In this document: positions 1-12,640 of the stretch, one piece after another
Layout: every line of letters begins with the position of its first letter
Position numbering within the stretch: position 1 is the stretch's first letter
From: Ruditapes philippinarum
Taxonomy: Eukaryota
Length of the DNA stretch: 64,000 nucleotides
Reading direction: 5' to 3'
Assembly: GCF_026571515.1 (NCBI RefSeq)
Contig: NW_026864239.1
Location: 248,001-312,000, forward strand
Made by a program: the position numbers and the translations under genes
The notes under the pieces: generated by a model
Seen by the model: the letters and a program-made list of their open reading frames with translations, nothing else
What the model was told of the DNA's origin: nothing
Database searches by the model: none

Positions 1-1790
1 ACAGGTTCAGACTTTAGCGGATTGGCATAAAAGTGTTAAATAATTGAGAATAATTTAAATTGCTGTATATTGACCTGATAATTCAAGTGAAATGTTATGG
101 TTATGATTTTCCTTAGAAAATTAACTCGAATTTAAAGGCCCAAAATGTCTCAGAAATGGTATCATGTCTTTTTCTCAAAACCTGTATATTTTTGGTATCT
201 TGTTACAGTTTCTAAAAACATACTCATTTGTTATATTCATGAACCATCTTTTACATCTTGAGTTTTGTAAGCAGTTGGTATGAATGTAGTAGTGAATTAG
301 TATTTGTATGTAATTCAAAATACTACTATGTTTGCACTTTGCTATCTTAACGGCACATAACTGTATGTTCAGAACTACTTTTCGGTTGCTAAACATCTAA
401 CATGCACTAAATCCAAAATTTAAACATTATTAAACACATGTTTGGCACTTCTAAAGAATTAAAAAATATGGATTTCTTAGGCATAATGTGCCCTTAAAAT
501 GTACATAATTTTATTATCCGATTTCATACACGGAATGCATTCTTTTTAAATCACTTTAATTTAGAAATTGATAACAGACAAATAACTTCAGTATCAAATA
601 ATCTGTACTAAAGTTATATAATAAAATCGTATTCAGTTTCCTCATTTGCGTTTCTTAATTCTTCCAAATTAAAAAAGAAAAAGGCAAAAATTCGTACCGA
701 TCTTTTATCAATTAGTGAAGCAGTTGTGTTAAGAATGTTATCAATTTCCATTACAAAAACAAATTTTCTATCTCTAATGATGATGACATTTGAACAGTAC
801 GCAAAAAATTTCAATCATTTTTGAAATAATAGGACACAGTTATGAGCAATTTTATCGCTAATTCTGCAATCTCATTAATTTATCTAGCAAAATGAAGTAA
901 AAGGAAATAACATGCAAATATGTTAAAACTCGTCCAATAAGATACCTGTCCCCAAAAATATAAATTAATGTGTCACAATTTTGTCAAGGTTATGACAAAT
1001 TTGTGAATGTGCATTTTGTAACGCTGTCTATAATTATGTCTAAGATATGAGTTGTACAGCAGACATATCATCCCAAATAAATTAGACCTGTTAGATATTT
1101 AATATCTGAATAAACAACACTTACATAGGATTCAACGTCGGGAAAATGGTCTTTAAGTATCACTTTTAAACAGGATAGGCAACATTGTTAATTAACTAGG
1201 TAGGATGTTATATAAGGAATGAATGGTGTAAATAAATTAATCTAGAAAAATAGCATTTGTTTTACATCAATGTTTAAATGATTGGCATATATAAACATGT
1301 ATGAAATACACGTATTATAACAATATTTCAAATTTAGAATATACATAGTGAATTAAAAAGGAACAACAGACAAATATTGTATTTATATATTATATCTAAA
1401 AGAAATCGAAGTATAAGTGAATTTGTTGTGAAATTTAAATGCTGTGCAAACATCGGTAGACATTATGAGATAGCTATTATTATTTAGATAAGTAATATAA
1501 TATCAAAAGGTGACTGTTTGGGTATCTAATAACTGTGTATCCTTTACATTGATAAATGATTTAAAAAAATAGTTTGATAACCGCAAAATACCACAATTTC
1601 TAGCATACTCGGTTTTTCTTCTTCAAATGTTGACAAGATTATCACCAAAATTAGCCATGGCTAAACATCTATGTACAATTTAATTTGACGACGTACAAAC
1701 AAAATGCTACATACTCTTTATACACAAATTAACTACAAAACCTTTCAGTCGAAAACGTAGATAAATCTCTTATTTAAAATTATAATGTTT
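1..1790 (+). pseudogene. TLR pseudogene, C-terminal half (LRRs-LRRCT-TM-truncated TIR)
   Basis: Frameshifted LRR remnants VLRMLSIS..FSISNDD (~725-790). LRRCT-like RIGNIVN*..KE*MV (~1170-1230). C..TM..LYIDK*FKK juxtamembrane (~1430-1570). TIR-like YSVF/SSNVDKII..KHLC..FSRK (~1600-1755). 1-900 is paralogous to ~3720-4220. Confidence 0.7.
136..493. mobile_element. Non-autonomous DNA element with TTAA TSD (Kolobok-like)
   Basis: TTAA at 132-135 and 494-497. Imperfect TIRs aggcccaaaatgtctcagaaat / atttcttaggcataatgtgccc. Absent from the paralogous site near 3840. Confidence 0.7.
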
Positions 1791-1795
1791 CACAA

Positions 1796-4220
1796 ATGTT
1801 GAGCATTACGGTCCTCATTTTGTATTTGCTTTTAGTGCAAGCCTCGTCTACAATCTCACGAAAACAATAACTGACACAAGAATTCCTCCTATTTCCTGTT
1901 TATTTGTAAGTAGACACTTCACAATTACATCTTTTACAAGATATGTCCATAATGTTAATGTAAAATGCAAGTTTTAGTCCTTTTTATTGCAAGTTCTTGG
2001 CGTATTGATGTCTTTACATTATTTGAAACTGTATAAACCCTTGTCTCCTCTGTAATATTGTAAAGAAACATGTACTTTGGACTTCATGTAATATAAACGT
2101 GGCATTTTCCAGAGTGTTCTTGATGTTTAAACTCATTGTTTTGCAAGCAAAGTTAACTCATTACAAATCCCTTTAATACCTTTGAAAAGTCTAATGTAAA
2201 GTTAAAGTTTTTTTTGGGCCGTGTTCTTGTTTGAGAGAAAAGCTCTATTTCACTACCATTTAGTGCTGATTAAAGTCAACATATTTTATTAAATTGTAGG
2301 AAAGAAATTTAAATACGAATACGAAATAAAGAATGATGATATCTATCGTTAAGCAGAAGATGCACATTTGCAATTATATTATTTCAAACATTTAAGGAAA
2401 ATCGTACCTTGGCATCATTTTAGTTTAAACGATTAAAAAAAATATAAATAGGGGACACTCATGGTATCAAATTGTATTGGTAGAATTTTACATGATTTGG
2501 GGCGAGTCCAACTTCGGTTTGCTGAAGATAGTTCAGTAATCAAATTCTAAGATGAAGTAGAGTTTAATTATTATAGAAGTATATCATTTGGTTCAGTTTA
2601 CTATTTGGGTTTTTGTAACTGTTACGTACGCCTTTAATACTTTTTTATTACTAAACGACGTCATTTTGTTTTATTGTGGTTTTAGTAAATAAACAGCTGA
2701 GTTGTTCATACAAGTTCCATAATTTTAGATGAACTGATCATTACGTAGAACGGATATCCTTTTTCTTCCGAAACTTCTCCGTTATTAAGTATGCAGTATA
2801 TCGTAAATATTTTGTTGACAATGCAACTAATTACTAAATACTTTGCCGATACTGTTATAATACGTATTTCACACAACTGTGGTATATTTATGTGTCTATT
2901 ATCAAGTATTGTAGGTCAATACGGATGTTATTTCTTTTTATCTTAAGAAATGTCACCGGACATAATGCGCCAAATATTTCTTTAATTCTGACATTATGCT
3001 ACAATTACATATATCTTCTAACTAGCTGTCCCGTTCAGATTCAAATGAATTTGATTATTTATGGCTGTCTGCGCTGATTGTTATTCAATTTTCTCATCTA
3101 TATTTGTCTTTGAATATGATATGACCATGTAAGACATATTTGCTAAGACAAAGTTTACTCATCTGTGAAATTACTCAATATTGTTGCTTGAAGTTTTACT
3201 TGTTATATTCATTCTTTTTATATTATTAAATTTTTGAATATGTCGTTTCGTTAGATATTTGAATATTTGTGATATCAACGTTTTGACGTTTTTCAAACTT
3301 CTTAATAAAAGCTAAAAGCAAAACTGTATAGCGTTTGTTAGAAATGCCTTGTCATTGGTTTTCACATAGAATATCATTTGTCCCTTTAACGCTAATTGTG
3401 ATCCTAAGGCATTACCAGTTAACCGATTAAGATCTTTGACTTCATAAATCGATCAAGCACGTTGTTGAAAGACATTGAAAGATTTCAAAAGTAATTTCAA
3501 ATTGTTGTTCTGTTGCATCACCATGCTGTCCAATCATAACATCAATCTGCTTATTTCGACATAGTTCTAATAGTTGACATTATAAAGTTTTCAAACATTC
3601 AATTGTACTCATGACGGACATCTTACAGCTTCATCACATTTATTTCTTACTTTGAACATTCATTTCTTTACATAATTAGTTTAGGTTTAAATATAGTAAT
3701 ATCAAAGTTACAATTTACATTCAAACCCTAGAGACTTAAGCGGATCGGCATTACTGCTTGATATATGACAATATGTTTACATATACGACCAACACTAAAA
3801 AGGTGAACTTTTAGTACCGTCTAAGAAAAACTAACTCGCATTTAATTTAACAAAATTTACATGTATAATTTAATCACATAAACGGAATGAAGTTAATTAA
3901 AAATTTCCTTTTTAGGTGAAATAGACTTGGTTAAGTTTTCAAAATGACATCTCTTTAAGTTCCCTCTTGTTCACTTTTTATCAATTCTAAATTAAATAAG
4001 AGAAATGCAATAAGTCATTCGAACATTATACCAATTAGTAAAGCAGTACATTTTAAAAATAGTTCCCACAAAAATAAATCTCTGTCTCTAATGATGCTGA
4101 CATTTAAATTAATACGCAAAAAAGTATAATTATTGCCGAACTAACAGGCTACATTTATGAGCCATCTTATCGTTAATTCTGCAGGCACATAAATTTATCT
4201 AGAAAATGCATAAAAAACAA
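1796..4220 (+). pseudogene. TLR pseudogene, ectodomain (signal peptide-LRRNT-LRRs)
   Basis: ATG at 1796 gives signal-peptide-like MLSITVLILYLLLVQASS. CP*C*CK LRRNT remnant at 1944-1964. LRR remnants NTFEKSNVKLKF, LDELIIT*N..LSMQY, LRNVT..LTLCYNYI, SNDAD. Confidence 0.7.
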
Positions 4221-4649
4221 ATGGTGTGCATCGATTATACAACACAATCAGGTTGAAAGTATTAATACATATAAAATGTTCATCCCTGCGAGATCGTAAG
4301 AGGCGTCTAAATGGATTCGAATCACTGGGGTCTATGCATCTCATGGTTTTAGCAGTTGAGGTGATTTTTGCCCCTTGTGTTGCCCTAAGGTAAACCAAAA
4401 TCATCTTTCTTTTTTTCGGTGGCATATGACCTAAATTGTGTAAGTGCGACGCAACGATAAACAACACAATCGAAGTGTATATTTCGTTGAAGAATATGTC
4501 ATTATGCTAGCTTTGCTTTTGTGAAAAAAATTGTGTTGCGTAACATTTATAAGTTTAATTTCTTAATGGCAAACATGTATGCAGTAAATCATTTGTAAAT
4601 CAAGTTCGTGCCAAACTGACGTTTTTATTGTTATATTAAACCGAATATT

Positions 4650-5130
4650 GGTAGGCGTTAGTCATATATTTAAAATGACTAATAGTACAATTCGACATTC
4701 ATTTTCTTTACTTCTGTAAATTACTAAAAATGATTTTTATAACAGATTCTGGAAATTGTGAAATATCTCGCAAGCTCGTTCACTTCAATAAGAAAACAAA
4801 TGTCTGGGTCAAATATGAAATCATAACACATATTAAGTGGTACAAGCAAAACCCATAATATTATGAAAACATGAAAAGATAACTCAATTTGTTCAGGCCG
4901 ATTGCAACAAAAACGGATCGGTTCTTTCTTTATTTGAACAATGAATAGAAACTAAAGAACTGTATTCAGACTGTTTGCATTTCTTGACAAGTCAATTACG
5001 TAAACCAAATAATCTAATATTAAATCAAGTTGTTTTGAATCAAATTCTGAGTAAAACATTATCTATTGGTGGTGTTTAATTATTATTTTAATTAGGAAAT
5101 TGAGCAATGGAAAAGTATGTTGACAAAACA
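4650..5130 (+). pseudogene. Possible TLR N-terminal fragment
   Basis: VQADCNKNG (~4891-4917) resembles the LRRNT V.ADCS..GL motif. The rest is too decayed to read. Confidence 0.3.
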
Positions 5131-5649
5131 AAGAAAGAAAAAAGAAAAAAAAAACAACATTTGTACCTCGAATCTCGAGTGTTTAGAGCCTAAACAACAC
5201 AAATTATATTTAAAAAAAGTGAACGGTCACATAGGGCAGGAATACAAGTAAACCTTTCATTAAAATCACGAAAAAAGTAATGTCGGATGAAAGATATGAC
5301 TCACAAATTGTTATTGTGATATTCTGAATACATATCAAATGTAATAAATAGATAAATACAAAGAATGAAAGAAAACCGACCACTGTAATGTGAACAAACA
5401 CAACATTTTACAACAATTATCCATTATTTTATATAAACTATTTAACGTCTATATTGGTAACCTAGAAGCATTTATCAAACAATATCTCCAGTTTTATACG
5501 GACACTGTCGCGTAAATCATTTATTCATTATGAAAAAAAAAAACAACAAAAAAAAAACCGGAAAATATATTACAACAGAGCTTGTAACATTTTCAAACTG
5601 GCCGTTTTGTGCATTTTTAAGAGATTTCTTTTCTCTATTTTCCTATTTC

Positions 5650-8100
5650 CTGTTAAAACTCGTTTTCATATATAAGACACGTTTTCTAATTTCTTTGTCA
5701 GATGCTATGTAACGTAAATCCAGACATGACAGTTTACATCTACTAATCCGCCTTAGTCCGGATATTTCTCTAGCGGTTTTAATTGAAATGTCATCGTGAC
5801 ATCTCATAGACAATATAAATTGCATAATAAATAGTTCCTTGAAAGGAAAATATTTTATACACATACAGTAACTATTATAAAACATGATATCACTTTTCAT
5901 TCATTTTGAATTGTGTTACTGAATTATAAAGTCGTAAATGTGACATATCTGTTCTATAGCAGCAAAAAATAATTTTATAACAGAAAATTTAAAAATGAAA
6001 AAGCGTTTTAAGTCATGCTTTGTGAGCGGTATGTAGTATTTGAAAAATATGCAATGAAAATTCTCATAGCATCCTTTTAAAAAAAATCAAATGCATAATT
6101 ATGATACATGTCTTATAAATTTGATCTGGGGGGAAATTTGTAATTATATGTTTTTATAACTTTAATTTGTAAATATTCTTAATGTTGATATTTATAATCA
6201 AAATAGTGATATTCTGTCAAAATATTTTTATTTTAAAAGCTACATTCTCTATACGTTAGTGTAAATAATTTATTTATATCATAAGCATAATCATCATTTG
6301 TCAAAAGACTGTGAGAATGAAGTCTAATTTAACTTCATTCATACATCTATATTTTACGACTATAAAAATGACCAAAGTGGTGAGCATCATAATCCTTTAA
6401 TTTTTTTTTTAGCTCGACCCTTGTTTTAAGTTTATTTTCTTCTCTGGCAAAATATAGCTTTTTATGTTAATATGTTGACGTCTGCTTATGCCAATGCCTT
6501 AGTGCACTCCTTACACAAGATTAATCAAATAGAGTATTCAACAAATGTTTTGGGCGTTCCTAAGGCAACTATTTTCTTTTTTATAATTCATTCTAGTATT
6601 ACTTCTAAATTATCGTTCATCAGCCTATTTTATTGCTTATGTAATAACCAAGAGAGCTAACTATATTGCAGAATATTTGAAATGTTTAAGCTTTTACATG
6701 ACTGTCTACCGCCCTGCTTGTCTGCTATTAAATGAGCAATTTACAGGTGAACTTGCCTAGACACAGACTCTTGTGTAATTATCTTCAGTTTAGTAATTAA
6801 ATATCTTATAAGCCTTTTTCAGTATCAGTAACACCAATTAAACGTTACCAAAAATCAACAAGTCTGTAAACAAGCCTGCTAGAAACAAAGTCACTTTTCA
6901 AAGCACCTGTCTGCTAATGTTGTTAAATTATGAGACCGGAAGAGGTCACTCTTTCTGCTTTTATCAGTCACATCTCCGATGACAACTGCATAACTTATTT
7001 TATTCAGTAAAATATTTTATTATAGTTAATCTACTCTATAAACATTATACCAAAGTAAATTTGATTGTTCTTTTTATTTCAAAGTTCTGATATGTTTACG
7101 AATTATCAAGAAAACCCATATTTAGCACTTTCCTCGAAGTTCACTTTATTTCCAAATGATAAGGATGCATAGTTCAAAAGTATAAAATCATACCGACAAA
7201 AAATCATCCATGTGATTTCCTCATATAAAGACTTAAAATGCGTCAAATACTGTTTTGTAATCAGAAAACAAATATATGAGCCGCGTCACGACAAAACCAT
7301 TGTAATGAGTTTACGACCAGTATGGATCCAGACCAGCCTGCGCCTCCGCGCAGTCTGATCAGGATCCATGCTGTTCGCTTACAAACCCTATTACAAGTAG
7401 AGAAACTGATAGCGAACAGCATGGATCCTGATCAGACTGCGCGCAGGCTGGTCCGGATCCATGCTGGTCGCAAACGCATTACGTTGGTTTTGTCATGACG
7501 CGGCTCATATGATCTCTAAAATATCTATATTTGTATAAAAGTACATATAGTTGTGAACTTTACTGTAATATGATACTAAGTAACACTTTTAGATGTCAGT
7601 GACTTTTGATATTTATCTTCTTGTCTATCTTTGATAATTGTTGACTACATCCTGTTAAGACAATACACGTAATGAAGCAGGAAGCCACGGATATCCTTTA
7701 TACAAGACAATACATCGCAAGACATTAACTTGTGCGTCAACAACACGGTGTTTCAATTAATGCAAAATCAGCATGAGGTACAAGACATATAAGAAAAATA
7801 TGACACTACAAATATTAAAGAAAGCAAATAAGTTGTAAAAAATCAGTTAAGTAATAATAATATTTCGTCGTTTTTGTTGCATACAGATTTTTGTATAGTT
7901 AAAATGTATCCACTTAGTTACCGTGTTTTATTCACTATTTGTAAGTTTGAAGTTGAAAGTGTATATACATTGTGTAAAATGTGCAGAAGAATGTAACTGT
8001 AGTCATATGGCACAAGACATGCATGAAATAATGCAAAAGTATATTTCATTATTATTGCAAATTTAATTATTAACTGAAATTCATATAATCTTAACTTGCA
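5650..8100 (-). pseudogene. TLR pseudogene (duplicate of 8570-11090) lacking TM and TIR box 1
   Basis: Paralog of 8570-11090. The junction gtcgtaaat|gtgaca at ~5939 removes the equivalent of 8855-9077. Confidence 0.8.
7277..7507. mobile_element. Palindromic MITE, 231 bp, TA target-site duplication
   Basis: Almost entirely an inverted repeat (tgagccgcgtcacgacaaaacc...ggttttgtcatgacgcggctca) with TA on both sides. The empty site aaaacatatatatgatct is at ~10506-10523 in the duplicate. Confidence 0.95.
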
Positions 8101-8204
8101 CATAGTTTCATTTGTAGACCATATTATTATTTTTTTTGCAATTCATTGTTTAATAAAGTATGATTTATCAGGCCTTTAATTCATATACATGTATATATAT
8201 AAAA

Positions 8205-8290
8205 CTTTAACATAAGTGGTTACGCCGACGCCGACGCTCGGGTGGCTACAATAGTTCTACTTATTCTTATCGAATAGTCGAGCTAAAAAT
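8205..8290 (-). mobile_element. Truncated terminus of a HINE/pearl-like bivalve repeat
   Basis: Reverse strand reads tttttagctcgactattcg...cggcgtcggcgt, a T-stretch, subterminal motif and GGCGTC microsatellite typical of these element ends. Confidence 0.55.
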
Positions 8291-8431
8291 AAAAAAATAA
8301 ATAAAAATGAATAAAAAAATGCCAAATAAGAAATTTTCTGTTTTATTTATGTTGATAACAAGGTAGAATTAACATGTATCGCAATACACTTTTTATTTAC
8401 ATATGATATCATTCGATATAATGACACAGAA

Positions 8432-8558
8432 TTGTTGGATTCTGCTTAAACCGGTACCAGAAGGCTTGGACGATAACTTGCTATTAAGACCAGAGCTTGT
8501 AACATTTTTAAACTGGCTGTTTTGTGCGTTCTTAAGGGATTTCTTTTTCTCTATTTTC
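8432..8558 (+). repeat. Diverged copy of the dispersed repeat typified by 18559-18768
   Basis: tgttggattctgcttaaaccggtaccagaaggcttggacgataacttgc...ggatttctttttctctatttt aligns with 18559-18715. A partial copy is also at 5576-5642. Confidence 0.7.
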
Positions 8559-11192
8559 CTATTTCCTGTTAAAACTTGTTTTATATATAAGACACGTTTT
8601 CTAATTTCTTTGTCAGATGCTATGTTACGTAAATCCAGACATGACAGTTTACATCTACTAATCCGCCTTCGTCCGGAAATTTCTCTAGCGGTTTTAATTG
8701 AAATGTCATCGTGACATCTCATAGACAATATAAATTGTATAATGAATAGTTCCTTAAAAGGAAAATATTTTACACAAATACAGTTACTATTATAAAACAT
8801 GGTATCAATTTTCATTCATTTCGAATTGTGTTACTAAATTATTAGGTCGTAAATTTCAAATCCGTGCAAATTGCACGTTCGCCTTAGTATGGTTTTTTGA
8901 CGACAAGAAGTCGCTTCTTATCTAGATAAATAAAACGAAAAGAAGCATATTGATATTAAAAAAATATATTTGGCAGGTTTAACTAGGAGTATCACAAGCA
9001 TTTCTTTCCCGATATCATTTTAACAGATAAAGGTAAATATCAATGCAGTGTGAAGTAGCTCAAAAATGCATTTAGAAGTGACATTTCTGTTCTATAGCCG
9101 CAAAAATAATTGTATAACAGAACATTTAAACAGAAAAAAAAGAGTTTTAAGTCATGCTAATATTAAATATTAAAGAATTAGTGGTGAGCGGTATGTAGTA
9201 TTTGAAAAATATGCAATGACAAATTTCATAACAACCGTTAAAAAAATCAAATGCATAATTATGACACATGTCTAAGTCTTATATAATTGATGAAGAGGGA
9301 AATTTATAATTATTTGTTTTTATTAATTTTACTATATAACTTTACTTTGTAAATATTTTTATATGTTGATATTTTTAATGACAATAAAGATATTTTGTCA
9401 AAAAGTTTTTATTTTAAAAGATACATTCTCTATCCTTTTTATAAATAATTTAATATTATAAGCATAATCAAAATTTGTCAAAACACAGTATTGTTAAGAT
9501 TGTGAGAATGAAGTCTAATTTATTACCTTATAATATTTGAATACATTTTATTTTAAGACTATAGAAAGTGACCAAAATGATGAGCATCATAATCTTTAAA
9601 AATTTTATTAAGCTCGACCCTTCATTATAGTTTATTTTCTTTTCTGGCAAAAAGTAGCTTTTGGTGTTCATATATTGACGTCTGCTTATGCCATTGCCTT
9701 AGAGTGAAAACGGTAGTTCGCACTCCTTACACAAGATTAATCAAACTGAGTATGCAACAAATGTTTTGGGCGTTCCTACGGCAACTATTTTCTTTTCCTT
9801 TAATTCATTCTAGTATTAGTTCTAAATTATCGTTCATTGATTAGCCTATTTTATTGCTTATGTAAAACCCAAGAGAGCTAACTATATTGCAGAATATCTA
9901 AAATGTTTAAGGTTTTACATGACTGTCTACCACCCTTCTTGTCTGCTATTAAATGAGCAATTTAAAGGTGAACTTGCCTAGACACAGAATCCTGTGTAAA
10001 TATCATCACTACAGTTATTAAATATCTAATAAGCCTATTTCAGTATCAGTAACATCAATCAAACGTTACCAAATATCAACAAGTCTGTCAACAAGCCTGC
10101 TAGAAAAAGAGTCTCTTTTCAAAGCATATGTCTGCTTATGTTGTGAAATTATGAATCCTGAATAGGTCACTCTGTCTGCATTTATCAGTCAAAGAATTTT
10201 GCAAACATCTCCGGTGACGACTGCAGAGAAATTATCATATTCAGTGAAATATTTTAACATAGCTAATCTACTCTATAAACATTAAACCAAAGTAAATTTG
10301 ATTGTTCTATTTATTTCAAAGTTCTGATATGTTAACAAATTATCAAGAAAAAACATATTTAGCACTTTCCTCGAAATTCACTTTATTTCCATATGATAAT
10401 GATGCATAGTTCAAAAGAATAAAATCATACCGACAAAAAATCATCCTTGTGACTTCGTCATAATTATAAAGATTAAAAATGCGTAAAATACTTTTTTGTA
10501 ATCGGAAAACATATATATGATCTATAAAATATCTATATTTGTATAAAAGTACATATAGTTGTGAACTTTACTGTTATATGATACTAAGTAACACTTTTAG
10601 ATGTCAGTGACTTTTGATATTTCTCTTCTTGTCTATCTTTGATAATTGTCGACTACATCCTGTTAAGACAATACACGTAATGAAGCAGGAAGCCACGGAT
10701 ATCCTTTATACAAGACAATACATCGCAAGACATTAAATTGTGCGTCAGCAACACGGTGTTTCAATTAATGCAACCAGCATGAGGTACAAGAGATATGAGA
10801 AAAATATTACACTACAAATATATGAGAAAGCAAGTAAGTTGTAAAAAATGAGTAATACATGTAATACATGTGTATTAATATTTCGTCGCTTTTGTTGCAT
10901 ACACATTTTTGTATAGTTAAAATGTATCCACTAACCATGTTTTATTCACTATTTGTAAGTTTGAAGTTGAAAGTGTATATTCATTGTGTAAAATGTGCAG
11001 AAGAAAGTAACTGTAGTCATATGGCACAAGACATGCATAAAATCATGCAATTCAAAAGTATATTTCATATAATCTTAACTTGTACATAGTTTTATTTGTA
11101 GACCATATAATTCATTTTTTTGCAATAATTAATCAATTAATTATTTAATAAAGTATGATATATTAGGCCTTTAATTCATATACATGTATATA
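8491..11192. repeat. Tandem duplication, copy 2 (partner 5576-8197)
   Basis: Colinear with 5576-8197. Confidence 0.95.
8570..11090 (-). pseudogene. TLR pseudogene, near full outline (LRRNT-LRRs-TM-TIR)
   Basis: Minus strand: KCVCNKSDEILI (LRRNT, ~10915-10875), NCSFNS..M*NLKH..LGF (~9965-9870), IEQKCH then YREK (9095-9000). TIR remnants YQYASFRFIYLDKKRLLVVKK (from 8956), IDTMFYNSNCICV, YCL/YEM. Confidence 0.85.
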
Positions 11193-11239
11193 CATACCAC
11201 AAGTCAGACAATAAATATGCGTTTATGATTGTTCATTTA

Positions 11240-11800
11240 GTAATTGTTCATATGTACTTTTAAATTTTTAACGGAATCGTGTAGTAAAATTTTTCATCTT
11301 TTCCGTTTCAGACGCTTTCAGACTTATAAAATATATCGAACTTTACTACATTTATCTTCTTATATTAAACAACATACTACAGTTTGCATAGCTTTCAGTG
11401 ATGCCGCCAAACTGGTTCAAAACATTGAAAGAAATAAATCAAATTTAACATGCGAAGAATGTCTGCATGCCATGTTAAGGTTCTAAACTCATTAGAACAT
11501 GACAATAAATTATAATCCTTAAAAGCCGATCGCTTAAATTTCATGTTTGTTCAAAATAACTCGTGTTTACAACAACGTGCAGACAATTTATAGCTTTAAG
11601 ATTGTAAAATAAATTAAGTTTTTTGCTTCTTAATAATGAATATTGCCATAGTTATGGTGTATTTCTCAGTTGTTTACCGAAAACGACAATTGATTTATAT
11701 TTAAAACAGCACATTTTGTTTTTGAAAGAATTTTCATAATTAACATGTTTTTTTCCCCTTTGATGACATTGTAAGTTTTATTTCTCCTCCTATTTTGTCT
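11240..11800 (+). pseudogene. TLR/LRR fragment
   Basis: ORF 11244-11486 contains AFSDAAKLVQNIERNK, resembling LRR AF..L.KL..LN...N. Confidence 0.4.
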
Positions 11801-11864
11801 TTAAAAACCGTGTTTAAGGCCCGTTTATTTTTTTCAACGATTAATAATAATATAAAGATACGTC

Positions 11865-12640
11865 TATTATGCTTCCGAAGAGAGAACATATATTCGCCGT
11901 CTGTCCGTCCGTTGTGCTTGTCCGGAGCATAAATTGAAAACCCTTAGACATAATTTGTTTAAACGTCACACAGTGATAAAGGGCATTTGGGCGGAGTGCA
12001 GTGCCAGAAACATAACACTCTTTTGCTCCGTTTCTTAATTATTTCCCCTTTGGAAAAAAAATTCCAGGACTTAACTGTAAAACTATAATAATAGATATCT
12101 ACATGAAACTTTGTAGGTAGATATATCCTATGAATAAATGTGCAGTGCACAAGACCTTGCGTAATTTTGGAGTTATTGCCCTTTGTTCATTTTTACACTT
12201 TGAACTAAGTTCGGGACATCACTCTAAAATTATAAGAAATATCAACATGAAACTTTGTAAGTAGATAGATCTCATTGGGTAGAAGTGCAGTGCAAAAGAA
12301 CCATAACTCTGCCTTGCCTAATTTGGTGTTATTGCCCTTTGTTAATTTTTACACATTTAACTTTGTCCGGGACATTCTCGGCAACCATAAGAACATATTA
12401 ACAAGAAACGTTGTCGGTAGATGATCTCATTAGATAAAAGTGTAGTGCAAAAGAACCGTAACACTGCCTTGCCTAAATTTGGAGTTATTATCCTTTGTTC
12501 ATTTTTACACTTTTACATTTGTCCGGGTCATAATTCTAAAACTATAAAAGATATCAACATGAAACTTTGTTAGTAGATGTACTTTCTTGTGACAAAAACC
12601 TCTTTGGGGAGCAACACCCGGTTCAAACCGGCTCTTGTTT
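11865..12640 (+). mobile_element. HINE/pearl/DTC84-type non-autonomous element with an internal ~150-bp tandem array
   Basis: Subterminal IR tgcttcc/gggagca and 5' gtct/gtcc microsatellite. About 4.5 units starting near 11920, 12062, 12210, 12365 and 12521 (catgaaactttgt..aagtgcagtgca..ccataactctg). 3' palindrome ccggttcaaaccgg followed by cttgttt. Confidence 0.85.

Larger units (their letters stand above)
5576..8197. repeat. Tandem duplication, copy 1 (partner 8491-11192)
   Basis: Colinear high identity by eye from cagagcttgtaacatttt to ggcctttaattcatatacatgtatata. Differs from copy 2 by a MITE insertion and a ~223-bp deletion. Confidence 0.95.

Noticed and set aside
700-890. NACHT/NLR HD1-like reading (FLSLMMMTFEQY..NRTQL*AIL)
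   Set aside because: No Walker A/B was found. The adjacent frame gives the SISNDD LRR motif in correct TLR order.
2290-2640. TIR-like reading KFKYEY..EVEFNY
   Set aside because: It is flanked by LRRNT upstream and LRRs downstream. Ambiguous, and more parsimoniously ectodomain.
8403-8714. Plus-strand ORF with TIR-like FCAFLRDF
   Set aside because: The motif lies in a dispersed repeat copy. The real TIR remnant is on the minus strand.
8393-8815. Longest ORF (140 aa, minus) as a real gene
   Set aside because: It is a chimera of frameshifted TIR remnant and repeat sequence, and the duplicate ends earlier.
11920-12580. CRISPR-like periodic array
   Set aside because: Whole ~150-bp units repeat with no unique spacers, in a eukaryotic TE context.
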